Below are positions 38,996-48,313 of a DNA stretch of 64,000 nt, one piece after another. The notes under the pieces are model-generated. The model ran no database searches, was not told the DNA's origin, and saw only the letters and a program-made list of their open reading frames with translations. This stretch comes from an uncultured Chloroflexia bacterium (GTDB taxonomy: Bacteria; Chloroflexota; Dehalococcoidia; UBA2979). The stretch spans positions 160,001 through 224,000 of the forward strand of contig CAVSIV010000001.1 of the NCBI GenBank assembly GCA_963728205.1, given 5' to 3'. The position numbers were made by a program, and so were the translations under genes. Each line of letters opens with the position of its first letter. Position 1 is the stretch's first letter.

Positions 38996-39931
38996 CTACT
39001 TGAGCGCGTCCGCGATGTTCCGCGCGTTCGTCTCCATCATCCCGATGTAGGTGTCGGCGCCCGAGCCGGGTGCGCCGAGGCTGTCGCCGTAGAGGTTCGA
39101 CACGACCTTCACGTGCGCCTCGCTCGCGAGCGTCTGCGCGAGCCGCGGGCTCAGGCTCTGCTCGGTGAAGATCGCCTTCACGTCCTGGGCACGAATCTGC
39201 GCGATGAGGTCGGTGACCTGGCCGGTGGTCGGCTCCTGGTTCGTGTTCAGGCCCTGCAGCACCGAGCCGACGTACTCCAGCCCGAAGTGGTCCGTGAAGT
39301 AGCGGAACGCGTCGTGGTCCGTGACCATCTTGCGGCCGTTCGCGGGGATCCCGTCGATGGTCGCCTGCGCCGTGCGGTCCATCGCGCGCACGCGGCTGAG
39401 GTAGTCGTCCGCGCGCGTGCCGAAGGCGGCGGCATCGGCGGGGTCGGCCCCGGCCAGCGCGTCGCGGACGGCGGGGATCAGCGCCTCGACGTTCGTCGGG
39501 TCCATCCAGTAGTGGGGGTCGGCCTCGCCGCCCTGCGTGCGCAGGTGCACGACGGTGGAAAGGTCGACGATCGGCCGCTTCCCGCCGGCGTTCTGCAGGA
39601 TGCGGTCGAGCCAGTCGTCGATCCCCGCACCGCTCTTGAAGACGACCTGCGACCGGGCCACGGCGGCGACGTCGCCGGGCGTCGGCTCGAAGTCGTGCGG
39701 GTCCTGGTTCGGCTTGACCAGCGTCGTCACGGCCGCGGCCGGGCCGGCGATCTCGCGCACGATGTCGCCGAGCTGCGTCGTCGTGGCGACGACCGTGAGC
39801 GCGGGCTTCGCCGTCGCGGGTGGGCGTGCACTGCTCCCTCCGCACGCGGCCAGCGCCAGGGCGGCTGCGGCGGACAGGAGGAGGCACGCGGAACGCCGCG
39901 GCGCTCGCGTGCTCCACGGCAGTGACGGCAT
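38996..39931 (-). CDS. znuA: Zn/Mn ABC transporter substrate-binding lipoprotein
   Basis: DPHDFEP, DPHYW, HDAFRY, GDSLG metal ligands. Confidence 0.88.
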   Translation of the reverse strand: MPSLPWSTRAPRRSACLLLSAAAALALAACGGSSARPPATAKPALTVVATTTQLGDIVREIAGPAAAVTTLVKPNQDPHDFEPTPGDVAAVARSQVVFKSGAGIDDWLDRILQNAGGKRPIVDLSTVVHLRTQGGEADPHYWMDPTNVEALIPAVRDALAGADPADAAAFGTRADDYLSRVRAMDRTAQATIDGIPANGRKMVTDHDAFRYFTDHFGLEYVGSVLQGLNTNQEPTTGQVTDLIAQIRAQDVKAIFTEQSLSPRLAQTLASEAHVKVVSNLYGDSLGAPGSGADTYIGMMETNARNIADALK

Positions 39932-40018
39932 CGCGGTCTCCGTTCGCACTCGAGCGCGGCGTCGGCACGGCACGGCAGTCAGCATGCCCCGGGGGCGCCG
40001 CGCGCGCATGAACGTCAT

Positions 40019-40112
40019 CCAAAGCCGGCGGCAGAGATGCCGCCGACGGAAGCGCGGCGCCAGCCGCGGACTGCGTCCGCGTCCTGTCGGCGGCGTCTCT
40101 GCCGCCGCGTTG
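40019..40112. repeat. Family A full unit between the Zur boxes and znuA start
   Basis: Same 34-nt spacer as the 10081 copy. Confidence 0.88.
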
Positions 40113-40132
40113 ACGTTCCGACGAGGGCGGAG

Positions 40133-40168
40133 TGAGACTGAGTGTCAGGTTAATGATACTGAGTGTCA
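40133..40168. promoter_or_regulatory. Two tandem Zur/Fur-type boxes
   Basis: TGAGACTGAGTGTCA (40133) and TGATACTGAGTGTCA (40154), 21 bp apart. Confidence 0.72.
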
Positions 40169-40238
40169 ATTCCCGGCACGCTTCCAGCGGCTATCATCGG
40201 GCGCGCCCCGCACGCCTCGCGCACCGGAAGAGGGATTC

Positions 40239-40772
40239 GTGACCGATCGCATCACCCTGCAGTCCTACCTTGCGCGCTACACGCGCTCGCTGCTGACGGG
40301 CACCGCCGGCGCCATCACCGACCTGTCTCAGGACGACCTGCAGTTCCGGCCGGGCGACGACACCAACTCGATCGGCTTCGAGGCGTGGCACATCGCGCGC
40401 ACCGCCGACAACCTCGTGCACTTCGCGTTCGAGCGCGAGCAGCCGGTCTGGCTGCAGCGCGGCCTCGACCAGGCGTGGGGGCTGCCGAAGGTGGACCAGG
40501 GGACGGGCATGACGCCCGCCGACGCGCACGCGCTGCGCTTCCCTGAGCCGGCGGCGCTCGCCGGCTACGCCGAGGCCGTGCGCGACGCCATCGTCCCGCG
40601 CATCGAGGCGATGAGCGACGAGTACCTCGCGACGAAGATGACGATCCGGCCGAACGGCGAGATGGCGCGCGGCGACATCATCGGGCAGGTGATCATCGCG
40701 CACGGCAACAACCATCTCGGGATGATCAGCACGGCGCGGTCGCTGCTCGGGAAGCCCGGCCTGGGGTTCTAG
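40239..40772 (+). CDS. DinB/YfiT family protein
   Basis: NSIGFEAWHIAR and HGNNHLG metal-binding His pattern. Confidence 0.85.
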   Translation: MTDRITLQSYLARYTRSLLTGTAGAITDLSQDDLQFRPGDDTNSIGFEAWHIARTADNLVHFAFEREQPVWLQRGLDQAWGLPKVDQGTGMTPADAHALRFPEPAALAGYAEAVRDAIVPRIEAMSDEYLATKMTIRPNGEMARGDIIGQVIIAHGNNHLGMISTARSLLGKPGLGF

Positions 40773-40957
40773 GGTCCTCCGCGTCTGCGGCTCGCCGTCG
40801 CGCGAGTGTGGCCGTTCACAGATCCGCCGATCGGCCAATCGCGCGCCTGCGCATTCGCGCGGTGCCGCGAGGACGTTCGGCGGCGCGCTCCCCGACGACG
40901 TCCTCTGCCGGCGCTCGCCGCCCCGACGCACCATGCAGGAGCGAAGGGGAGGCTGCC

Positions 40958-41155
40958 ATGAACGCGTTCACTGCCTTCATGAACGGCGTCGTCGGGCGCG
41001 TTGCGCGCGTCGTCGTCGGCGTCGTGCTCATCTACCTCGGTCTGGCACAGCTCGGAGGGGTGGCGGGCATCGTCGTCGCCCTCGTTGGCGTCGTTCCACT
41101 GGTGATGGGCCTGTGGGGCCGGTGCCTCGTCGAGTTCGTGGCTCGACCGGCGTAA
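40958..41155 (+). CDS. Small membrane protein, YgaP/DUF2892-like
   Basis: RVARVVVG, two TM helices, G..G.C motif; GGGGAGG RBS. Confidence 0.75.
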   Translation: MNAFTAFMNGVVGRVARVVVGVVLIYLGLAQLGGVAGIVVALVGVVPLVMGLWGRCLVEFVARPA

Positions 41156-41312
41156 CACTGTTCGCCGCCCGGCGCCCGGTGGCTCGTGCAGCCGCCGCGG
41201 CATGCCCCGCCGGGTCGGCGGCCCCGTTCCGTCTCGGCCTCGCGCCGCCGTTCCGCGTGGCGTCGCGTGCCTGCCCGCGCCCCTTGCGTGCCCGTAATCC
41301 TCTCGGTCGACG

Positions 41313-41349
41313 TTGACGCGAACAGGCGTTCTGTATAGAACATCTGTGC
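41313..41349 (+). promoter_or_regulatory. Promoter with two LexA (GAAC-N4-GTTC type) boxes
   Basis: TTGACG at 41313; GAACAGGCGTTC (41320) and GAACATCTGTGC (41338) upstream of a repair helicase. Confidence 0.75.
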
Positions 41350-41392
41350 GCGGATCCACGCGCCGGGCGGGCGGGGGCGAGGGACGGCAACG

Positions 41393-43748
41393 ATGACGGT
41401 GGCCCGGGCGAAGCACGCCCTGATCGCGGCAATCGAGGAGATCGGCGGCACGGCCGAGTGGCGCACGCTCCCCCCGCGCCCGGCGCGCTATGGACGGTGG
41501 CCGGACGGCCTCGACAGGCGCGTCGTGGATGCGCTCGCCCGGCGCGGCATCGCGCACCCCTACACGCACCAGCAGACCGCTGTCGGGCACGCGCTCGCGG
41601 GCCGTGACCAGGTCGTGGTCACGCCGACGGCATCGGGCAAGACGCTCTGCTACACGGTCCCGGTGCTGCAGGCGATCCTCGACGACCCGTCGGCGCGCGC
41701 CCTCTACCTCTTCCCCACGAAGGCGCTCGCGCAGGACCAGCTGCACGAGCTGCACGCGCTGGTCGGCGAGGCGGCCATCGACGTGAAGACGTTCACGTAC
41801 GACGGGGACACGCCGCCCGCGAACCGGCGCGCGGTGCGCACCGCCGGGCACGTCGTGATCACGAACCCGGACATGCTGCACGCCGCGATCCTCCCGCATC
41901 ACACGAAGTGGGTGCGGCTGTTCGAGAACCTGCGGTACGTCGTGATCGACGAGATGCACACCTACCGCGGCGTCTTCGGCTCGCACGTCGCCAACGTGCT
42001 GCGCCGGCTGCTGCGGATCTGCCGCTTCTACGGCTCCGACCCCGTCTTCATCTGCTGCTCGGCCACGATCGCGAACCCGGGCGACCTGGCGCACGCGCTC
42101 ACCGGTCGCGACGTCGCCGTGGTCGCGGAAGACGGTGCGCCGTCGGGCGAGCGCACGGTCGTCCTCTACAACCCGCCCGTCGTGAACCGGGAGCTCGGCA
42201 TTCGCCGGGGCGTGCTTGCCTCCACCACGGATTCTCGCAGCCGCGCTGCAGGCCGAGGGCGTGCAGAGCATCGTGTTCGCCGGCTCCCGCACCAACGTCG
42301 AGCTGCTCACGCAGTACCTGCGCGACGCGCGGGGCGGCCGCCGGCGCGATCCCTCTGCGCCGGAGCCGGTGCGGGGCTATCGCTCGGGCTACCTGCCGGC
42401 CGAGCGGCGCGCGATCGAGGCCGGCCTGCGCGACGGCGACGTGCGCACCGTCGTCTCCACCAACGCACTCGAGCTCGGCGTCGACATCGGCGGACTCGAC
42501 GCTGCGGTGCTCGCCGGCTTCCCCGGCACGGTCGCCAGCTTCCGCCAGCAGGTCGGCCGCGCCGGCCGCCGCGCCGGCGAGTCGCTCGCGGTGCTCGCCG
42601 CCGGCTCGTCCCCGCTCGACCAGTACGCGGTCGCGCACCCCGAGTATCTCTTCGGCGAGAGCGTGGAGTCGGGGCTGGTGAACCCGGACAACGCGCTGAT
42701 CGCCGCCGAGCACATGAAGTGCGCCGTCTTCGAGCTGCCGCTCGAGGAGGCGGAGCTCCCGGCGCTCGGCCCGGCCGCGCCGCTCGCGCTCGAGGCGCTC
42801 GAGGAGCACGCGCTCGTCCACCGCGCGCGCGGCCGCGCCTACTGGACGAGCGAGGCCTACCCCGCGCAGGAAATCTCGCTGCGCCGCGGCGCGGAGCAGA
42901 ACGTCGTCATCGTCGACCAGGGCCCGCCGGCACGCGTGATCGGCGAGGTCGATCGACCGTCGGCGATGACGCTGCTGCACGACGAGGCCATCTACATGCA
43001 CGACGGCCGCCAGTACCACGTCGACCGCCTCGACTGGGAGGAGCTCAAGGCGTACGTGCGGCCGGTCGACGTGGACTACTACACCGACGCCCAGCTGGCG
43101 GTGGACCTGAAGGTGATCGAGGAGTTCGCGACGCGGGACGCCCCGGCGCTGCACGGATTCGGCGGCGTCGCCGTGACGTATCTCGCGACGTTGTTCAAGA
43201 AGCTGAAGCTCGAGACGCGCGAGAACATCGGCTGGGGGAAGATCCGCCTGCCGCAGGACGACCTGCATACGGAGGCGTTCTGGCTCGCGCTGCCCGACGC
43301 GCTGATCGCCGGCTGGTCTCGCGCGGCACTCGAGGGGGCGCTCGCGGGCCTCGGCTCGCTGCTCGTGCACGTCGCGCCGCTGCTGCTCATGATCGACCCG
43401 CGCGATCTGCACCTCGCGGCGCAGGTCAAGTCGCCGCACACCGGCCGGCCAACCGCGTTCCTGTGGGAGGCGGTGCCCGGCGGTGTCGGGCTCAGCCAGC
43501 ACCTCTTCGATCACACCGACGACCTGGTACGCATGGCCCGCGCCATCGTCGACGCCTGCCCGTGCGCCGACGGCTGCCCGGGCTGCGTCGGCCCGCCGGC
43601 CGCGCCCGGCGTCGGCGTGAAGTCGCTCGTGCGCGAGGTCTTCGCGTCGCTCGCTGAGGAGGCGACGGCGTGCGCCCCCGCTCCGGGGGCCGTCGCGCGC
43701 CGGCCCGCCGTGCGCGAGCCGGCCGGTGCGCCCGTTGCCGGGGTCTGA
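41393..43748 (+). CDS. mrfA: DEAD/DEAH-box helicase with DUF1998 (MrfA/YprA); frameshift near 42225
   Basis: TPTASGKT, DEMH, SAT, TNALELGVDIG, QQVGRAGR, C-terminal CPCADGCPGC. Confidence 0.88.
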
Positions 43749-43750
43749 GG

Positions 43751-45049
43751 GTGCTGCTCGCCGAGCGTCCTGCTCCGCGGAACGAGACGCGGCGCCAGCT
43801 GCAGGAGCTGATCCGGCGCCTCGAGCGCCGCCGGCCGCCCGCGCCCGCGCCGGCGCGCGCGGCGACGCCGGCGGCCGAGCCACTCCCCGGGCTGACGCGC
43901 CGCGAGACCGACGAGGGGCCGTGCACCTACCGCGAGCTGCGGCTGCCCGCGACCACGGAGATTGGGCGGCAGCCACTCGCGTCGCTGTTCGCACTTCCCG
44001 ACGGCGTGCTGCCGTTCCTCGCGCCCGGCGAGGATCTCGAGGACGCGGCCGTTCCCGACCTGCTCTTTCTCGACATCGAGACCACCGGCCTCGGCGGCGC
44101 CGGCGCCATGGCGTTCCTCGTCGCCACCGGCCGAGTCGAGGGCGACGCGTTCGTCCTGCGCCAGTACCTGGCGCTCGCCCCCGAGGAGGAGGCGTCCGTG
44201 CTGGCCGCGCTCGCCGCCGACGTGCGCGCGGAGGACGACCCCGTGCTCGTCACCTACAACGGACGCGGCTTCGACGCCCCGATGCTCGACGGCCGCATGA
44301 CGATGCACCGGCGTCGCGGCCGCTTCGAGGCGCTGCGCCACCTCGACCTGCTCGGCGTCGCGCGCACGCTCTATCGCGGTCTGCTCGACTCGTGCCGCCT
44401 CGGCGTCGTCGAGGCAGAGCTGCTCGGCATGAGTCGTCCCGGCGGCGAGATCCCCGGGAGCGAGGTGCCGACGTGGTACTTCCGCTACCTGCACACGCGC
44501 GACATGCGCTACCTCGCGCCGATCGTGCGTCACAACGAGCTCGACGTGGTCGCACTGGGCGGGCTGCTCGCACGCCTCGGCGAGCTCGCGGACGGCGCGT
44601 CCGCGCCGGCGCATGGCGGCGAGGCGCTCGCGTTCGGGCGGTTGCTCGCGCGGCGCGGCCGGAGCGACGACGCCATCGCGCGCATCGAGCACGCGCTGGC
44701 GGTGCTGGCGCCGTCGGCGGCGCGCGACGACGGGCTGCTCCGGCTTGCGGCGCTCCACAAGCGGGCGGGGAGGCGCGACCGCGCGGAATCGCTGTGGGCC
44801 GAGCTCGCCGCGCGGCCCGGTCCGGCGCGGCTGCACGCGCAGACCGAGCTCGCGAAGTACTACGAGCACGAGCGCCGGGACTACGCGGCTGCGCTCACGG
44901 TGGTGGAGGCGGCGCTCGCCGTGCTCGGTGCGGCGCGACCGGTCGCCGGCGACGAGCGGCGGCGCGACGCGCTCACCTACCGCAGCGAGCGCGTGCGGCG
45001 GAAGCTGGAACGGGCGGCTGCACGGAACGCGGCTGCTGCCACGCGGTGA
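43751..45049 (+). CDS. mrfB: RNase H-like exonuclease with TPR region (MrfB/YprB)
   Basis: FLDIETTGL, TYNGRGFD, HLDLL, HNELDV, ELAKYYEH. Confidence 0.85.
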   Translation: MLLAERPAPRNETRRQLQELIRRLERRRPPAPAPARAATPAAEPLPGLTRRETDEGPCTYRELRLPATTEIGRQPLASLFALPDGVLPFLAPGEDLEDAAVPDLLFLDIETTGLGGAGAMAFLVATGRVEGDAFVLRQYLALAPEEEASVLAALAADVRAEDDPVLVTYNGRGFDAPMLDGRMTMHRRRGRFEALRHLDLLGVARTLYRGLLDSCRLGVVEAELLGMSRPGGEIPGSEVPTWYFRYLHTRDMRYLAPIVRHNELDVVALGGLLARLGELADGASAPAHGGEALAFGRLLARRGRSDDAIARIEHALAVLAPSAARDDGLLRLAALHKRAGRRDRAESLWAELAARPGPARLHAQTELAKYYEHERRDYAAALTVVEAALAVLGAARPVAGDERRRDALTYRSERVRRKLERAAARNAAAATR

Positions 45050-45056
45050 GACGAAA

Positions 45057-45085
45057 CGAGCCGCCGGGGACTACCCGGCGGCTCG
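45057..45085. terminator. 12-bp stem hairpin between convergent genes
   Basis: CGAGCCGCCGGG-GACTA-CCCGGCGGCTCG; no U-tract. Confidence 0.55.
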
Positions 45086-45113
45086 CCTCGTGATCGCTGC
45101 GGTTGCGCCGCCC

Positions 45114-46118
45114 CTAGGTGGATGCGCCCGTCGGAGTGGGGGTTCCACTCGGCGCGGAGCCGCCCGGGCCACCACGGAAGCCGTGGCCGCCTTCGAACCC
45201 GTGCCGGCCGCGGTGGCCCGGACCGCCCGGTCCGCCGAAGCCGAACGGTCCGTTGCCGATCGCCGCCTGCACGGCCGCCTGGTCGATCCCGAGCTCCTTC
45301 GCCAGCGCAGCGACGAAGTCGGACCGGTACGTCTGTGGGTCGGTCCCGGCCGCCGGCTTCCCGACGTCGGTCCGTGCCTTCTCAATCGCCGCCTTCAGGG
45401 CGTCGGTCGTGACGCCCAGTTTCGTCGCGACCGAGTCGAGCGCGTTCACGCCTCTACCCGCCCGCGGTCCGCCGAACGGAAAGTGCAAGTCGCCGACCGC
45501 GGCCTGGACAGTCGCCTGGTCGATCCCGAGCTCCTTCGCGAGCGCCGCGATGAAATCGCCGCGCAGCGTCTGCGGATCGGTGCCCGCGGCCGGCGTGCCG
45601 ACGTCGGTCTTCGCCTGCTGGAGCGCCGTCTTCAGCGCGTCGGTCGTGACGCCGAGCTGCTGCGCGACCCGGTCGAGCTCGTCGACGCGGTCGCCGAACC
45701 GGCCGAGCGGCAGCTTGCCGACGGCCGCCTGCACCTTCGCCTGGTCGATGCCCAGCGCCTGCGCGAGCGCTGCGACGAAGTCGGAGCGCAGCGTCTGCGG
45801 GTCGGCGCCGGCGGCCGGCGTGCCGACGGCGGTCTTCGCCTGCTGGAGGGCCGCCTTCAGTGCGTCGGTCGTGACGCCGAGCTGCTGCGCGAGCGCGTCG
45901 AGGCCGGCTCCGGCGCGCTTGCCCCACGCGCCGTGCGGCCCGGGGTGGCCGCCGGGGCCGGGCGTGGCCGTCGCCGTCGCCTGCTGGGCGACGGCCGCCG
46001 CCGTCGCCGCCGTCGCGTTCTGTCCCTGGTAGCTGGCGACCGCGATCGCCGGCACGGCGATGGCGGCCGCGGCTGCGAGCCCAACGATGCTCGCGGTCCG
46101 GTGCTTGAGCTTCCACAT
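45114..46118 (-). CDS. Secreted protein with three helical repeats, function unknown
   Basis: Signal peptide; LGVTTDALK...DPQT.R.DF.AALA..LGIDQA three times; Gly/His/Pro-rich tail. Confidence 0.85.
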   Translation of the reverse strand: MWKLKHRTASIVGLAAAAAIAVPAIAVASYQGQNATAATAAAVAQQATATATPGPGGHPGPHGAWGKRAGAGLDALAQQLGVTTDALKAALQQAKTAVGTPAAGADPQTLRSDFVAALAQALGIDQAKVQAAVGKLPLGRFGDRVDELDRVAQQLGVTTDALKTALQQAKTDVGTPAAGTDPQTLRGDFIAALAKELGIDQATVQAAVGDLHFPFGGPRAGRGVNALDSVATKLGVTTDALKAAIEKARTDVGKPAAGTDPQTYRSDFVAALAKELGIDQAAVQAAIGNGPFGFGGPGGPGHRGRHGFEGGHGFRGGPGGSAPSGTPTPTGAST

Positions 46119-46217
46119 GGGCGATACCCCTCGTTTGCGGGTGGGATGCGTTCGTTTTGTGCGCCCCGCGGTTGCGCGCGGATGCGGGGCTGCGAGATCG
46201 ACCCTATGAGGGCGGGG

Positions 46218-46233
46218 ATAAGACCTGCGTAAA
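46218..46233 (-). promoter_or_regulatory. OmpR-type direct repeat upstream of the secreted protein
   Basis: Minus strand TTTAC-N6-CTTAT, resembling the site at 48184. Confidence 0.45.
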
Positions 46234-46271
46234 CGGTCGTGCCGGAGCGTGCGCAGGAGGCGCGCCCGCGG

Positions 46272-47483
46272 TCAGGCGCTCGCGGCGCCCGCGCGGCGCG
46301 GGATCGCCACGCGCACCTCGAGCCCGCCGCCGGTCACCGGCGCCGCCGCGGCGCGCCCCTGGTGGTGCTCCGCGACCGCGCGCACGATCGACAGGCCGAG
46401 CCCGTAGCCGCCCGTCGCGCGGCTGCGCGACGCGTCGCGCCGCGCGAAGCGCTCGAACAGCCCGTCGACCTCCGCGGGCGCGATCTCGTCGCCGCTGTTC
46501 GTCACCACGACCACCGCGTTGCCGTTGTCGACCGACGTGGAGACGCGCACCCACCCGCCGGCCCGGTTGTGCGCGATCGCGTTCGTCACGAGGTTGTCGA
46601 TCATGCGCTCGAGCAGCACCCGGTCGCCCATCACCTCCACCGGCGCCAGCGCGCCGTCCACCGTCACGCCCGCCGCGCCCGCCGCGTCCGCGTGACTCGC
46701 CATCGTCCGCCGCGCGACCTCCGACAGGTCGACGGCGACGGCCGGCCCCGGCGGGCTGTCCGCGCGCGCCAGCGTGAGCAGCGCGTCGATCAGGGCCTGC
46801 GCGCGGCCCAGCGCGCGCCGCACAACCTCCGCCATGTGCTCGATCTCGTCGGGGGGAACGTCGTCGTGGCCGACCGTCACGTCGAGCTCGGTGCGGATCA
46901 CCGTGAGCGGCGTGCGCAGCTCGTGCGCCGCGTTCGCGACGAACGAGCGCTGCGCCTCGAACGCGCGCTGGAGGCGGTCGAGCATCACGTCGAACTGGTC
47001 GGCCAGCTCCTTGAGCTCGTCATCGGGGCCCTGCAGTGCCACGCGCTCGTGCAGCCGCTCGTCCGAGATGCGCCGCACGGTGTCGGTCATCTCCGAGATC
47101 GGGCGCAGCATGCGGCCGGCCATCAGCCATCCGAGCCCCAGCGACGGCACGGCGAGCAGCGCCAGCAGCACCGTCGACTGCACGAGCAGCTGCCGCAACG
47201 TGTCCGTCTTGATCTGCTGCGCCGCGCTGTCGAGGACGTCGCCCAGGCGAAACGTCGCCGGCGGCGCGTTGTCGCGCGGGAACTGGGCGCGGCGTCCGCC
47301 CGTGAACGCCTCGACCGGCACGCCGAGCCGCGCGGCGGCCTGCTCGCGGAACGCGGTCGGGTCGGAGGGGAACATCTCGCGCACGAGCAGGAAGTTGATC
47401 GCGAGCAGCGTGAAGCCCGTCAGCAGGAAGAGCCCGCCGTACCAGAGGGTGAGGCGCAGCCGGATCGTCCGGCGCAGCGGCAT
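46272..47483 (-). CDS. HAMP sensor histidine kinase (CutS-like)
   Basis: FVANAAHELRTPL H-box, NLVTNA, GYGLGL; TGATG overlap with the regulator. Confidence 0.92.
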   Translation of the reverse strand: MPLRRTIRLRLTLWYGGLFLLTGFTLLAINFLLVREMFPSDPTAFREQAAARLGVPVEAFTGGRRAQFPRDNAPPATFRLGDVLDSAAQQIKTDTLRQLLVQSTVLLALLAVPSLGLGWLMAGRMLRPISEMTDTVRRISDERLHERVALQGPDDELKELADQFDVMLDRLQRAFEAQRSFVANAAHELRTPLTVIRTELDVTVGHDDVPPDEIEHMAEVVRRALGRAQALIDALLTLARADSPPGPAVAVDLSEVARRTMASHADAAGAAGVTVDGALAPVEVMGDRVLLERMIDNLVTNAIAHNRAGGWVRVSTSVDNGNAVVVVTNSGDEIAPAEVDGLFERFARRDASRSRATGGYGLGLSIVRAVAEHHQGRAAAAPVTGGGLEVRVAIPRRAGAASA

Positions 47484-48136
47484 CAGATGCGGTACCCGGA
47501 CCCGACCACGGTCTCGACCACGGGCGGATTGCCGAGCCGGCGCCGCAGCGTCATCACCACCACGCGCACCGCGTTCGTGAACGGATCCGTGTGCTCGTCC
47601 CACGCGCGCTCGAGCAGCTCCTCGGTCGAGACCACGCGTCCGTCGGCGCGCAGCAGGATCTCGAGCACCGCGAACTCCTTCGGCGTGAGCCCCACCTCGG
47701 TGCCGTCGCGCGTCACGGTGCGCAGCGCGGGGTCGAGCCGGATGCCGGCGCGTTCGAGGACCGGTGCTCGCGTCTCGGCGCCGCGGCGCACCAGCGCGCG
47801 CAGCCGCGCACGAAGCTCGTCGAAGTCGAATGGCTTCGGGAGGTAGTCGTCCGCGCCGAGGTCGAGGCCCTCGACGCGATCCTCGACCGCACCGGCCGCG
47901 GTCAGCATGAGGATGCGCGCGTGCGAGCCGGACTCGTGGAGGCGCCGGCAGACCTCGTCGCCGTGCAGCACCGGGAGGTTGCGATCGAGGAGCACGACGT
48001 CGTAGTCGCTCACCTCGGCCTTCTCGAGCGCGGTGCCTCCGTCGAAGGCGACGTCTACGGCCCAGCCGTCGCGCCGCAGCCCGCGCGACAGCGCGTCCGC
48101 GAGGTCGCGTTCGTCCTCGACGATGAGCAGGCGCAT
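47483..48136 (-). CDS. OmpR-family response regulator (CutR-like)
   Basis: LDRNLPVLHGDEVC, WDEHTDPFTNAVRVVV. Confidence 0.93.
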   Translation of the reverse strand: MRLLIVEDERDLADALSRGLRRDGWAVDVAFDGGTALEKAEVSDYDVVLLDRNLPVLHGDEVCRRLHESGSHARILMLTAAGAVEDRVEGLDLGADDYLPKPFDFDELRARLRALVRRGAETRAPVLERAGIRLDPALRTVTRDGTEVGLTPKEFAVLEILLRADGRVVSTEELLERAWDEHTDPFTNAVRVVVMTLRRRLGNPPVVETVVGSGYRI

Positions 48137-48183
48137 GGTGGGCTCCCGGCCTCGGCTGGTCGCGCCAGCGTATCGCCACCGAA

Positions 48184-48200
48184 ATAAGGCGCGAGTAAGG
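48184..48200 (-). promoter_or_regulatory. OmpR-type direct repeat (possible autoregulation)
   Basis: Minus strand CCTTAC-N5-CCTTAT, 11-bp period. Confidence 0.5.
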
Positions 48201-48313
48201 CGAGGCTCCGCGGCGAGGCGCTCCGCGGCGAACCCCCTCGCGTGAGCGAGCTGAGATGCCGCGCGGTGCGTGGGGAGCGTTCTCCGGGCGGTCTCGCGGA
48301 CGGCGTGGCCTGC

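Noticed and set aside
45200-45900. DNA repeat or mobile element
   Set aside because: The repeats are in-frame protein domain repeats within one CDS.
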